64,000 nt of DNA from Marsupella aquatica (Eukaryota; Plantae; Marchantiophyta): assembly GCA_973895155.1 (NCBI GenBank), contig OZ316891.1:10479875-10543874 (forward strand), written 5' to 3'. Positions 53,385 through 64,000 of this stretch are shown piece by piece. The position numbers and the translations under genes were made by a program. A model generated the notes under the pieces. The model worked only from the letters and a program-made list of their open reading frames with translations, was not told the origin of the DNA and made no database searches. Numbering within the stretch: position 1 is the stretch's first letter; every line of letters begins with the position of its first letter.

Positions 53385-53800
53385 GGGGACCATAGTTTCG
53401 GGACAATGATTCCATAGTTTAGGGACCGGGCGGAAGGGACGACTATAGTTTCAGTTTAGGTTTGTTCGGGATGACGAGAGTTGGGGACGTCGATAGTTGA
53501 GGACGACGATAGTTTCGGGAGGACGATAGAATGGGACGATAGAACGGGACGATAGAACGGGAGGGGAGACTTTGTTTCAGGAGGACGATAGAACGTGACG
53601 ATAGAACGGGACGATAGTTCGTTTGGGAAGACTTTGTTTCGGGAAGACGATAGAACGGGACGTTAGAGCAGGGCGATAGAACGGGACGTTAGAGCAGGGC
53701 GATAGAACGGGACGTTAGAGCAGGGCGATAGAACGGGATGATACCTGTTACCAAGGCGAAGATAGTTTTGGGAGGCAATAGAACGGGACGATGATAGTTT
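53385..53800. repeat. Tandem array GGACGATAGAACG (13 bp) and a 25-bp variant inside the MULE
   Basis: Repeated GACGATAGAACGG and GTTAGAGCAGGGCGATAGAACGGGAC units. Confidence 0.85.
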
Positions 53801-56800
53801 GATGGTCGTTTTGGAACGGTAGTGTACGCGGACCTTTATCTGGCGTCTTAGTCTTTGCGGACCTTTCTTTGGCCTTTGTCGGCTATAGCACTCGCGGACG
53901 ACATTCTTATGGGAGGAGAGGTTACATATTAGATCGGGATCTTTGAAACATGGTGAGTCAGTATGAGCCAATGGATTGGGAGGCAGCTTTTCGTCCTTCT
54001 CGTGTGCGTCCGGAAGAGAGCCATTTCAGCTCTTTTGAATCGCGAATGGAGACTGAAGAAACTGAAACTTCCACTTTTCGGAACCGTCATGCTCTCCCGT
54101 ATGATGAGGCTATTAGTCCTGGAGAGAAGAACATCCCTTGGATTGTCGATTCCCCTGCGCCTCCGTTCTCTAGTCGGTTTTCATCTCACCCGGGAGTTCT
54201 TGTTGATGGGGTACTCCCAATCAATTGAAGAGGACAAGAAATGTTCGGGCGAGTTGATTTTAAGGACAGTAATATTCCTAATGAACATTTTACGAGGGCT
54301 GTTCATCGAGGACCTTCAGAGGGATACGTTCGTTTGCGTGGTCTCGGCTTCAAGAAAGATCGGCGGAGAGAAGCAGCAGGAGTGGATGATGATTGCAACT
54401 CGGAAAGCTAGATGGAAATTTTGTTTTGCTGATCGCTTTAAGCTAGCGCCGGGCGCTGCTAAAGTTTTCCGGATTTTGTGGCATTGAAGTCGACCTCAGC
54501 TCTGGCGTTAGGGTTTTCCCGGTTGTCTACTATTTAGGTTTTGGCTAGCGCCGGGCGCTATTGAAACGACAACGGATTTTGTGGGAGGGAATGGATCTTG
54601 ACTATGTTGTCTGGGTTTGGATGCATCTTGTCTCCAAGAAACGACTAGTTTTCTAGTTAGTTTTTGGCTAGCGCCGAGCGCTTTTCATGTATTAGTCGAA
54701 AACCTCCGACGGTGTCGACCGTGACTTCATGGATGGGATTTTTAGGCCAGATTGTTGATGTTGATAACTGCATTTTGTATCACTTAAGTCGAGCGCATTT
54801 TCTATTTTGCGATAATATATGCAAATGTTTTTTCCGGCCTTTCTTTTCTACTTGTATTTGTCTTGGATTTTGTGTATCTCAATTGGCAACCGTCTTTTAT
54901 GTTTCAAAAAAAAATTTCCGTGTTGTTCTTTTATTTATCACGAGGGTTTGGTGGTTTTGGTTTCTATTCTTGTACTTTCAAATGGAGATTTTGAGACCTT
55001 TTTTTAAGATCACTGTTCACGACCATCCAAACACTGTTCACTGGTAACAGCTCCTTTTAACTGGTACCAGAATCTATTTCCTGTTACTGTTATCTGTTTG
55101 CTGTCGTTTGTAAATTCCCCCAATGACCCCTTGTATGACACCTTGTATGACATTTTTAATGACACCATGTACGACACCTTCAATGACACACTAAATGACA
55201 CCTTAAATGATTTATTATTGTGTCATTTATGACATGTCTGAAATGACATATAATGACAACCGTGCGTAGTTGCCACGTGTTGTAATATGATTTGTTTAAA
55301 TATGTGTCATTAAAGATATGCCTAAATGACTGACGGCCGTTCATTCAGTCATTTAGGACAACATGTCATTTCAGAAATATTGTGTCATTTAGGACTACCA
55401 TAAATGACTGGTGAGAGTTTTAGTCATTTGTCTTAATTGACTGTCCTAAAAGACGAGGCAGGTATGACAGAAAAGCTCTAGTCATATATTGGTACATATG
55501 ACTCATTTTTCAGTCCTCATTCTAGTCATTAAGGACACTATTTTCCACTAGTGTATCACAAGGATCGAGCATCGACCTTCAGCTCCATGGGTGCTTCCTG
55601 TTGGCCAGAGAAGGGAGTTTCGGAATCGCATAGGAGACATGCGGTTTCCTATCAATTATGGTGCCAATCTCCGAAAGGCCTTTGGGATGGAGGACAATCA
55701 TAAGTGGCCAAGGTATCTCAAGACACATGACTACCATAGGTTACTGCAGCACATATTGCCTGTGGCCATAATAGGTTTGGCAAGTGAAGAAGTGCAAGAT
55801 GCCCTTTGGTCATTGGGAAAACTTTGAGATGGGTATGCTCTAAGAAGATATATACTGACGAAATCCCTGGGATGGAGGTTTTGGCAACAGAGGTAGTATG
55901 CAAGTTGGAGAAGGCCCTTCCTCCTTCCTTTTTTGACTGTCAAGTGCATTTACTTGTTAATCTTGTTCATGAGGTGGCCATTGCAGGTCCTATGCATTGT
56001 CGGTGGATGTATTGGCTAGAACAATACATAGTAGTGTTAAAAGGTTATATACGTAACCGATTTCTATGAGGATGCCAAAAGTAACAGAACAAGATCAACA
56101 ATTTTTCCAAAGTACCTTGACTATATGAAGGAGAAGTTAGTTGAGGTGGATGACATGGTGGTCAGGGGAGAGAGTGTATAATTACATTTTCCAGCTATCA
56201 CAGAATGATGATGTTTGTACCATTGTTCATGGTCCCTTGAGAGTGGTTATGTCAACAAGGACAGCAATGTGGACACAAGGAAGACATTTCAGGTGATCTC
56301 CATCTACCTTAGTAACCTTTTATTTGAATCACTTGGTTTAATTTAATTCATTTGTAATTGATTTCACAAGCACGTATATTGAAGAGGCAGATTCTTGGTG
56401 TGTTCCATTAATTGGAATATGTTTGTGTCTATTTTTGTGTAACATGTCCTTATGGTTTGATGAATTTTAGGATTTCTTCCCTTGATGAGAAGAGGGGTCG
56501 TACCTTTGATTGTGGAGTCCAAGGACAATTCTCTCAAGATTCTCGCAACAGTCGCCATGACACGAATATTATTCGAGATATTGTGTCACATTATGGAAAG
56601 GTAGAAGAGATTCTAGTGATATCTTATGATGCACAATCAAAGTTTGAAGAGTATGTCTTCAAGTGCAAGTGGTTCAAAGTGAACCTTGCAGGTAACAATC
56701 CTACTGTGGTTCAAGATGAGTGTGGATTTACACGATTGAAGATGTCTGCCACTAGTTTCCAGCCATCTCATTGGCAAACATCAGAGCCGTTAACTTTTCC

Positions 56801-59800
56801 AAGTCACGTGGAACAATGTTTCTATATTTCATACCCCCCAAACCCAGAGGAATGGTCACTTGTCATCACATATGTGCCACGGTCTCGTTTAATCGTTGGG
56901 GAAAAGCCTAATATTCTGGTTGTGTCCCAACCTGAAGATGATGAGGACCAAGTTTGAGGAGTTTGTGTTTGTGGATATATAGCTACACGGATATATAGTT
57001 AGATTTGACGATATGAAGATTTCTCTTCTCGGTAGAATGGAGAAATATGTGCTTCTCAATTATTAATAAACTTATGTTTTGTAAGTATATTATTTTCAAA
57101 TATTGTTTTCTATATCTCCCATCCCTACCCCACACTCACCACACCTTTTGGTAGACTTTCTGCAAAGAAAACTCATGTTGCTTGTAGTCCTCTATCCTCC
57201 GTGCTTTCCTAATCCCCCCTAGCCTTTCTCCTTATTACTTGTACCCACCTCCCTCCTCCTTTCTTTCATTGTCTGTCCCTCTTATTAAACCCTCCTTCCT
57301 CCTTCCTCTCCTTGTCCCAACCCCTTTCTATTTCAACCCTATACTTTCCTTACTTTCCACCCCTGTCCCCCACTCTTACCTATACAACCTAGCTTCTCTC
57401 CTCCCTCCTAAACCTATACCCTTAAACCTCCCTCATTTCCTTGTCCCTTTCTAAACCAATACCCTCCCTCCTTTCCTTGTCCCTCTCTAAACCCTAAACT
57501 CCCTCCTTTTTATTTTCACTCCCTAAATCCAAACCCTCCCTAAAACTATATCTACATACCCTTCCTCCTCCCTCATTTCCTTGTGCCCCCTAAACCTGTA
57601 TTCTCCCTCTTGGATCCCTCCGTTCCTTGTCCCTCCTAGCCCCATTCCCTTCCTCCTCCTTTACTCTCCCTCCCCAATCCCATTCCTTTTCCACCTCTTT
57701 GAAGCGCTCATAATATTTTGCGAAACATCTTGCAAAACCCCGACCCCCGCAAACTCATCGCTAAATTTGCGATACTAAAATGCTCGCTAATTGCCATCAT
57801 AAACTTATCACAAACTTCCAAAGAGACCACCCTCTCAACGTTGCGAAACCAAAAACTTCACAAAATGAGACCCTAGACAGGCACAGGATTTGCGAGCCTA
57901 TTACTATCGCAAGTTAGCCATTGCGTAAACATCGCTCATTTGCGAGACAATAAGGCTCGCAAAATAGTTTGAGATGCTAAAATATTCGCAACTTGTTAGT
58001 TGGCCGGCGCATCGCAATGAAACTGCGAAGCGGTAAAGATCGCTAAATTTTTCAATGATAATTACTTAGGAAATTTTTTGCGATACGTGAAGTATCGTAA
58101 AATGTTGCGATCGTCTAAGTTTTGCAATTACGTGTTGCGATGTGGATAGATTTGCTAAGTGCGATGCGTATCGTATCGCAAGTTTAGCGATGAGATTAAT
58201 CTTGCAAAGCTTTCTTCCTCCTGTAAAATGCCTTCGCAAAATTGGCAGATATGTAGTAGTGACTATGGAGACTTGGTATGGCCAACGGGCTTAGAGTTCA
58301 ATAAAGCTCTCTTGTGTGTTCCCGTGGACATAGCCTCGAGGAGGTGAACCACATATCTCTTGTGTCAACTACTTGCGCGTTGGATGTGTCATGTGCTTAC
58401 TGTTGCGAGTGTCATCTATGCTCAACAATTCCTTGAGTGCAAGGTGCATTGGCTTGACATATGTGTGTAATCAGATCGGACCGGATCGAGCACGTATTGT
58501 TGGCATCGATCGTTGTTTGGATTCTATTGAGATTATTGTGGATTTGGACATGTGTGGACATGAGTTCCACTTGTATTTAATTCTCTTGTGTTTGTGATAT
58601 GGTAGTGTGATTATGTCTGGATGTATGTGACAAGCGATGTATGTTGTGTAGCGATGAGTATGCGCATGACACATATCATGACAAACATTTTGAGGTAGAT
58701 TGATCTCTTCAAGAATTGGAGAGAGTATTTTCAGCACACTGATGAGTACCATGAATATTTGTGGGCGATCCTGGATATGTTGGAGCAGACAGCTTCATCA
58801 TACGCAGGTTTGGTGGGACAAAAGATACTCAAGGCATGAGTGTTGGTACTTTGAGAGCATGGAACAAAATGCATGTTGGATACAAAATCAAAGTTGAGTG
58901 GGGAATCAAGGGAATGAAAAGAAAATGGCATCGACTGATGAAAGGATATGATTTGCGGAAGTGCAAATTCAAAGAGTTCCTTCAAGCTATAGTTCTATTG
59001 ACAAATTTCCTCCAACGGAAACAAAATGATTTCAGTGAAATGATAGAGGGGGAACCAATTGAAGACAATTATGAAGCAGCATGGTTGGGTTGGAGACTAC
59101 CCAAGAGAGTTTGCCATGTACAGAAAATCAAAATATTAGATTGAAGTGTGGGCGGACAAAATTTGCTCTATAGCAATTTCCTGAAGTTCAAAATTTTGTA
59201 ATGTATGAGTTAATGATTAATCTAAAATCATTTGTCAATGCTGCTATCTATCTAAAATCTGTTCAAACTACATAGATTTTGAACTCATGAGCTACAGTGT
59301 CAAAATTAGCTGTACTTGCTCTTTGAAGGTCTCTTCCAATATGCATCCCAGGTCCCTGGCCTTTTTCAGGTTGTTGATTTTGATCTTTTCCTGTAGTAAG
59401 CTTTCTCCCTATATGAAGCAGGTGGCTTCTTTTGTTTGGGGACTTGGGACTTTTGAGGATAATGTCTCCTAGTTTGAATAACATTGGCTTCTTTTGTTTG
59501 GGGACTTGGGACTCTTGAGGTTAATGTCTCCTAGTTTAAATAACATTAGCCTGATTGCCCCTTCTTCAAACATAAAGAAAGGCTAAACATTTTTGGTGGC
59601 CATTTTCAGAAACTAGCCCTGCCCCCAATCAATGTTTTCCACTAGCACCCTCAATTTCAATTATGTTCCCAAAGTCCGAGTCTAGAGGTTTCGATCACTC
59701 AAGACAGGTAGGCCCTCAAGTGTAATAGAGGTCTCTAGACAATATAGTGTAGTTAGATTACATAACTCGTGTAATATTGTCAGCGCTTCTGGCAACAATG

Positions 59801-61021
59801 TATGATTGAGTCTTTTAGTCTGGCTGCAATCTGTGTCTGGCGTTTAAGTCTTGGGCTTTTATGATTTGCAATGTGCCCTGCAGGGCTCTTTGTGGCCCCC
59901 ACTGTCACTGGTCCTGGCCTTCAGTTTGTGGCTGCTTGGATTTTCATTTTCTTGCTCGAAATAAAATTAGATGGATTTTCCCTGCCCCCGTGTACATCTG
60001 GTTGTGAGGCTGTAACTCTTTGGATTTTTTGGGTGCTTGGGACTCTAAGCTGATTGCTCTGTAACTCTTGGATTGTTTGGGGGCTTGGGACTTTAAGCTG
60101 ATTGTCTTCTATTGTCAAAAACATTCCAAAAAGCTACAAAGGAAGAGGTTTTGTTGCAAGTCTTACATTGGGGAAGAGTGTTATTTACCTTCATTCATTG
60201 TTTTGAAACAATTCATTGATTTAACACACCTTTGATGAAGAACACAGAGTATGCACTGGGTATGAATTGTGTAATAAATTGATCCTGGTAGCCCAAGTTT
60301 GAATCCCAAAGTATGAAGGTCATTGGGTGGGAGGTCTGATTGCACACCTCCACATATTGAACAATATATCTGCTCAAAATTGTGACAACAAGTGAAAGGT
60401 GTCAACACATGACCCCAAAATTGATGGCACAAAGTTGATCAGGCAAGGGACAAGTAATAGTGTGGCAGAGTATTGGTTTATGTCTTGGTAAACTTGGGTC
60501 GGAGCATTGGGGACTCCGACTGGGGCCCCAAGAAATGGGGGAGCATTAATGCATTGTAGATTAGATAGATTAATGTGAGATCTCCATTCCCCGTACACCC
60601 GGTCCCGAGTATCCCCAGAGTTCTAGACTAGCTTGGGCTGGGAGTGTAAGAAGTAAGAACCCCCTGTTTGAACGCCCATGGAACCGCTCCCTTTTTAAAC
60701 CCCGCCGATCGTTCGCTTTCGACACCTCCCTTGTATGCTCGTCCCTCTGACGTCCGCCATAGCCACCTTCGCGTCTTCTCCTCACTCTGTTGTGTAGTCA
60801 TTTCTAATGTAGACATGGCAAGTGCAAGAGAACAACATTGAAAAGTCTGTTAAGCCTCCACTTTCCACCATAAGGTCGAATCGTTGCCGAGGAGGGTGCT
60901 CTTCAATTTTCCTCCGGGTTTCAGCACTTTCCAGTTGAAATCGGAGAAGCACCAATTCTGTTCATAGTCTGTTCTGTTGACATTTGGTCGGGGGCGGTGG
61001 AGGCAAAGGTGGAAGGACGAG

Positions 61022-62730
61022 ATGGAAGCATTGGCGAGCACCAGCTGCTGCACGAGAGGATCGGCGTTGGTAACACAATGGTCAGGACTGAGGAAGCAGT
61101 CAGGCAAAGCTGCACTTCCTGCTAGCGCTGCTGGTGCTCTTCCACAGGGGAAGAAGGCGGCCTCCAGGGTGGTCAGGATGGCGTTGGCCGTCGACCAGAA
61201 GGCTTATGTGACCACGAAGTCCGAGGAGATCTTCGCGGCTGCGAAGGTTTATGGCCTTTCTACACGCGCTTCACTTCGCTTGAATTTGTCCACAGCTTAG
61301 GAAGCACTCTGTGCTGACAGAGACTTTTTTCCTGCCGTGTGGCAGGAGCTGATGCCGGGAGGTGTCAATTCCCCCGTGAGAGCTTTCAAGTCTGTAGGTG
61401 GTAGCCCCATTGTCTTGGACCGGGTGAAGGGCTCTCGTTCCTATGACGTAGACGGAAATGAATATATCGACTATGTAGGGTCCTGGGGCCCTGCCATCCT
61501 TGGCCATTGTGATGACCAGGTATAATCTCAAAGAAGAGCACCAATATTCGTTCGATTGGTTAATGTCTTGCAAATCTCCTTAAGTTTTTCTAGTCCCCTT
61601 GATGTCAAATGCTGTTGTGCTGTTGGAATTTTGAGAAGATTCTCGTTGGGTGTTTATCTCAGATAAATGCAGCTTTGATAGAGACCTTGAAGAAGGGAAC
61701 TAGTTTCGGTGCTCCGTGTCTTTTGGAGAACCAGTTAGCTGAGCTGGTCATCGCAGCAGTCCCTAGCGTGGAGATGGTTCGAATGGTCAACTCCGGTACC
61801 GAAGCCTGCCTGTCGATGCTCCGTTTGTGCCGGGCCTATACCAAACGTGAGAAGATTCTCAAGTTCGAGGGCTGCTACCATGGTCATGCTGATTCTTTCC
61901 TAGTGAAAGCGGGCAGCGGTGTTGCCACTTTAGGTTTGCCAGATTCGCCTGGAGTTCCTAAATCATCTGCTGCGAGCACTCTGACTGCACCTTACAACAA
62001 TCTCGAAGCTGTTGAGAAGATGTTTAAGGAGAATGAGGGAGAAATTGCAGCTGTCATTCTGGAGCCAGTTGTTGGAAATGCCGGGTACATTGTCCCAACA
62101 ATCGAATTCCTCAAGGGTTTGAGGGAAATTACCAAGAAGAACGGTGCTCTCCTCGTCTTTGATGAAGTCATGACAGGTTTCAGGATATCTTATGGTGGTG
62201 CCCAAGAGTACTTCGGCGTCAGCCCTGATATCACAACGATGGGAAAAATTATTGGGGGAGGACTTCCCGTGGGTGCCTATGGTGGACGGAGAGACATTAT
62301 GGAGTTGGTCGCCCCAGCTGGCCCTATGTACCAGGCCGGTACCCTCAGTGGAAACCCCTTGGCCATGACAGCTGGGATAGAGACCTTGAAGAGATTGAAG
62401 GTACCAGGAACTTATGAGTACTTGGACAAAATTACGAAGACTCTTGTTGAGGGACTGAGCGCAGCAGCAAAGGAAGCAGGACACGAGTTTACGTCAGGAA
62501 ACATTAGGGGCATGTTTGGATTCTTTTTCCAAAATGGCCCGGTTCACAACTTTGAGGATGCTAAGAGGAGTGACACAGCCAAGTTCGCCCGATTCCACCG
62601 AGCAATGCTTGCAAAGGGAGTCTACTTCGCACCTTCTCAGTTCGAGGCAGGATTTACAAGCTTGGCCCATACAGAGGAGGATATTGCTTACACCATAGAG
62701 GCTGCCAAGGAGGTGTTCAAGTTTATATGA
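61022..62730 (+). CDS. GSA: Glutamate-1-semialdehyde 2,1-aminomutase, chloroplastic (3 exons: 61022-61246, 61346-61519, 61663-62730)
   Basis: Transit peptide, then [58 protein letters not shown] lysine [21 protein letters not shown]; canonical GT-AG introns. Confidence 0.97.
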
Positions 62731-63044
62731 ATTCCGGTGACGCTTACGACACTGAGCAAGCTGTTCACCACTCACATTTGGGTCCAGCATTGGGGTCCTG
62801 TCGTCATCAAGATTAGAATAAAATTGCCTAGATGGCCAGAATCTTTGACAGGCAACGAGGAGTCTACATCCCCTTTTTGGTGGCTCAAGTCCTCCATTTT
62901 TTGCAGATGGAGATGTGGAATCAACATGATGTTATAGCAACACTTCGTATTTTCTAAGAACCGTCAATGGATAAATTTTGTATACTTCCTAAATTTTAGA
63001 CATTACCATGCCGGAGGAGAATTTGCTTTGCAATAAGATGACAA

Positions 63045-64000
63045 CCGAACAGCGATCGATGCCAACAGTACGCGCTCGATCCGGTCCGATCTGATTACAC
63101 ACATATATCAAGCCATCGCACCTTGCACTCAAGGATTCTACATTACATAGAAGGAGTTTCGACCACCATAGCCATAACACGAGCTCCTCTCTCCAAGACT
63201 CAACACTGAAAGATAATCTTTCGATGCTTCACAAGAGAATTACCCTCTCACACAAAACTTAACAGAACTTTATCAACTCATTCAATCTATATATCAAATA
63301 TATGGATCTAGATAGTATCATACATTTTAACACTATCTAGAATGGTGTCACATATGAACCTAGGTAGCCAAAGTCTAGATAAGTGAGCAAACTATGATCA
63401 TCAATGATAATTGTATTATTTCGACAGTACATCTTCTTTCTCCCTTGAAACCAATCATTGTGATTGTAATGCGGTACGTTAGTTAGAAATGATAAAAATT
63501 CTATAAAATTTGAACTTTTTCTAACTTAGAGATGCACTATAATTATCTTTTGTAATAATTTAGATCAACTAAACACTTTAATTATCTAATGCTATGTTTC
63601 ATCGGAGGCTATTGCCTATATTGGACAAGAACTGGCAATATAAATACTTGCTCTTTGCATGCTACCAAGAAGTAAGACTGGACATCATTAGAGAAACAAT
63701 GTATACTAGAAGATTCAAGAACCGGACTCCAAAGCATTTCTTCAACAAGAATGAGCTTTGTGTGCATTTATCAAGATCAACCTATTTCACCTATTTTAGT
63801 TAAATAGTTATCACAATCAGAAAAATCTTAAACTTTTTTAAGAGGTAGTAATTACTTAGTAGAATCATCCCTTAAAGTTTGAGCTCAAACCGACATGTGG
63901 TTTGAAAGTTAAAATAATTTAGTTTTGTTGTTTTTAGCCTCGCCGCGACTTTACCGACGCTTTCAAAAATGTCCCTTGTATTTTTGGACGCTTTGTGAAG
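63045..64000 (-). repeat. Inverted paralogous copy of LTR A end, Harbinger fragment and LTR C, running off the window
   Basis: Reverse complement aligns to about 19128-19962 joined directly to 58433-58520. Confidence 0.9.

Larger units (their letters stand above)
44196..54682. repeat. 16 dispersed copies of the palindrome AGCG(C/T)NNN(G/A)CGCT (consensus TAGCGCCNGGCGCTA) inside the MULE
   Basis: Copies start at 44196, 45880, 46014, 48337, 48400, 48535, 48683, 48745, 49830, 51259, 51352, 53147 (degenerate), 53253, 54445, 54547, 54670. Confidence 0.9.
43602..55120. mobile_element. Mutator-like element (MULE, 11.5 kb) with degenerate TIRs
   Basis: 8-bp TSD CAATGACC (43594-43601 and 55121-55128). 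Ends GGGTATGATAGCCATGACAGAAAACAG versus reverse-complement GGGGAATTTACAAACGACAGCAAACAG, with CTGTTACCAG motifs inverted at both ends. Encodes a MULE/SWIM transposase. Confidence 0.85.
28239..55553. mobile_element. CACTA transposon CACTA-2 nested in the CACTA-1 transposase
   Basis: 13-bp TIRs CACTAGTAGAAAA / TTTTCCACTAGTG (one mismatch); TSD TAT; dense ATGAC/GTCAT subterminal repeats at 28260-30230, 43430-43600 and 55121-55530. Confidence 0.94.
26500..56957 (+). pseudogene. CACTA-1 TnpD-type transposase (Transposase_21/DUF4218/DUF4216-like), pieces about 26500-28238 and 55557-56957, split by CACTA-2
   Basis: IHACVNGCMLF, RHVRLGLASDG, WPVVLMNYNLPPW, WTMHDYPG, LDPMHIEGNV, LKTHDYH, PPSFFD, RWMY, FKCKWF. 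The frame rejoins as DPI|TRIEHRP across the insertion. Stops and frameshifts present. Confidence 0.92.
20143..58261. mobile_element. CACTA (En/Spm) transposon CACTA-1
   Basis: TIRs CACTACAACA / TGTAGTAGTG; 3-bp TSD ACT; subterminal TTGCGA/TCGCAA arrays at 20160-20700 and 57720-58240. The empty site GCTTACACTGTGGAG is visible in the LTR copy at about 41540. Confidence 0.93.
19963..58427 (+). mobile_element. Solo LTR B (19963-20142 plus 58265-58427), interrupted by CACTA-1
   Basis: TGTTAGG...CTCAACA termini; 5-bp TSD ATTCC (19958-19962 and 58428-58432); colinear with the uninterrupted copy at 41252-41708. Confidence 0.88.
19742..58671. mobile_element. Solo LTR-like element C (own sequence 19742-19962 plus 58433-58671), interrupted by nested elements
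   Basis: TGTCA...TGACA termini; 4-bp TSD CACA/CATA. The paralog at about 63350 reads GGTTCATA|TGTGAC, supporting CATA as the original TSD. Confidence 0.75.
16971..59144 (+). pseudogene. PIF/Harbinger (DDE_Tnp_4-type) transposase split into three pieces: about 16971-17651, 19635-19741, 58676-59144
   Basis: Removing the insertions rejoins GCIGIIDGTLV..RPFNNENH|NDWF*GRKNMYCLNNTIIVDHHGLFTYLDFGYPGS|YHD..IL..GDPGYVGAD..WNKMHVGYKIKVEWGIKGMKRKW. Several stops and frameshifts. Element TIRs not identified. Confidence 0.85.

Noticed and set aside
61963-62790. Antisense ORFs over GSA, and similar ones over the P450 and transposases
   Set aside because: Shadow frames of real coding sequence.

Overview
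Intron-containing land-plant nuclear DNA; a bryophyte such as a liverwort is my guess, but the taxon cannot be established from sequence alone. Host genes lie at the edges: chloroplast cyclophilin CYP37 (2092-6881, +), an internally deleted CYP71-clan P450 (about 12.6-14.6 kb, +) and glutamate-1-semialdehyde aminotransferase (61022-62730, +). Between them is a roughly 42-kb nest of transposons whose junctions can be read from termini and target-site duplications (TSDs). A PIF/Harbinger transposase is split by two solo LTRs. The second LTR holds another solo LTR, which holds CACTA-1 (20143-58261), which holds CACTA-2 (28239-55553), which holds a solo LTR and an 11.5-kb Mutator-like element (43602-55120). 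Each of the three large DNA transposons carries a chromatin or DNA-modification cargo gene: a SET domain (CACTA-1), an intact stand-alone EDM2-type PHD cassette (CACTA-2), and a ParB-like plus amino (N4C/N6A)-methyltransferase-like fusion (MULE). The MULE also has 16 dispersed copies of a palindrome (consensus TAGCGCCNGGCGCTA), essentially all in its introns and intergenic DNA. This protein-plus-motif pairing is the best candidate for an undescribed TE self-recognition or anti-silencing system. All domain calls are by eye and need HMM confirmation.
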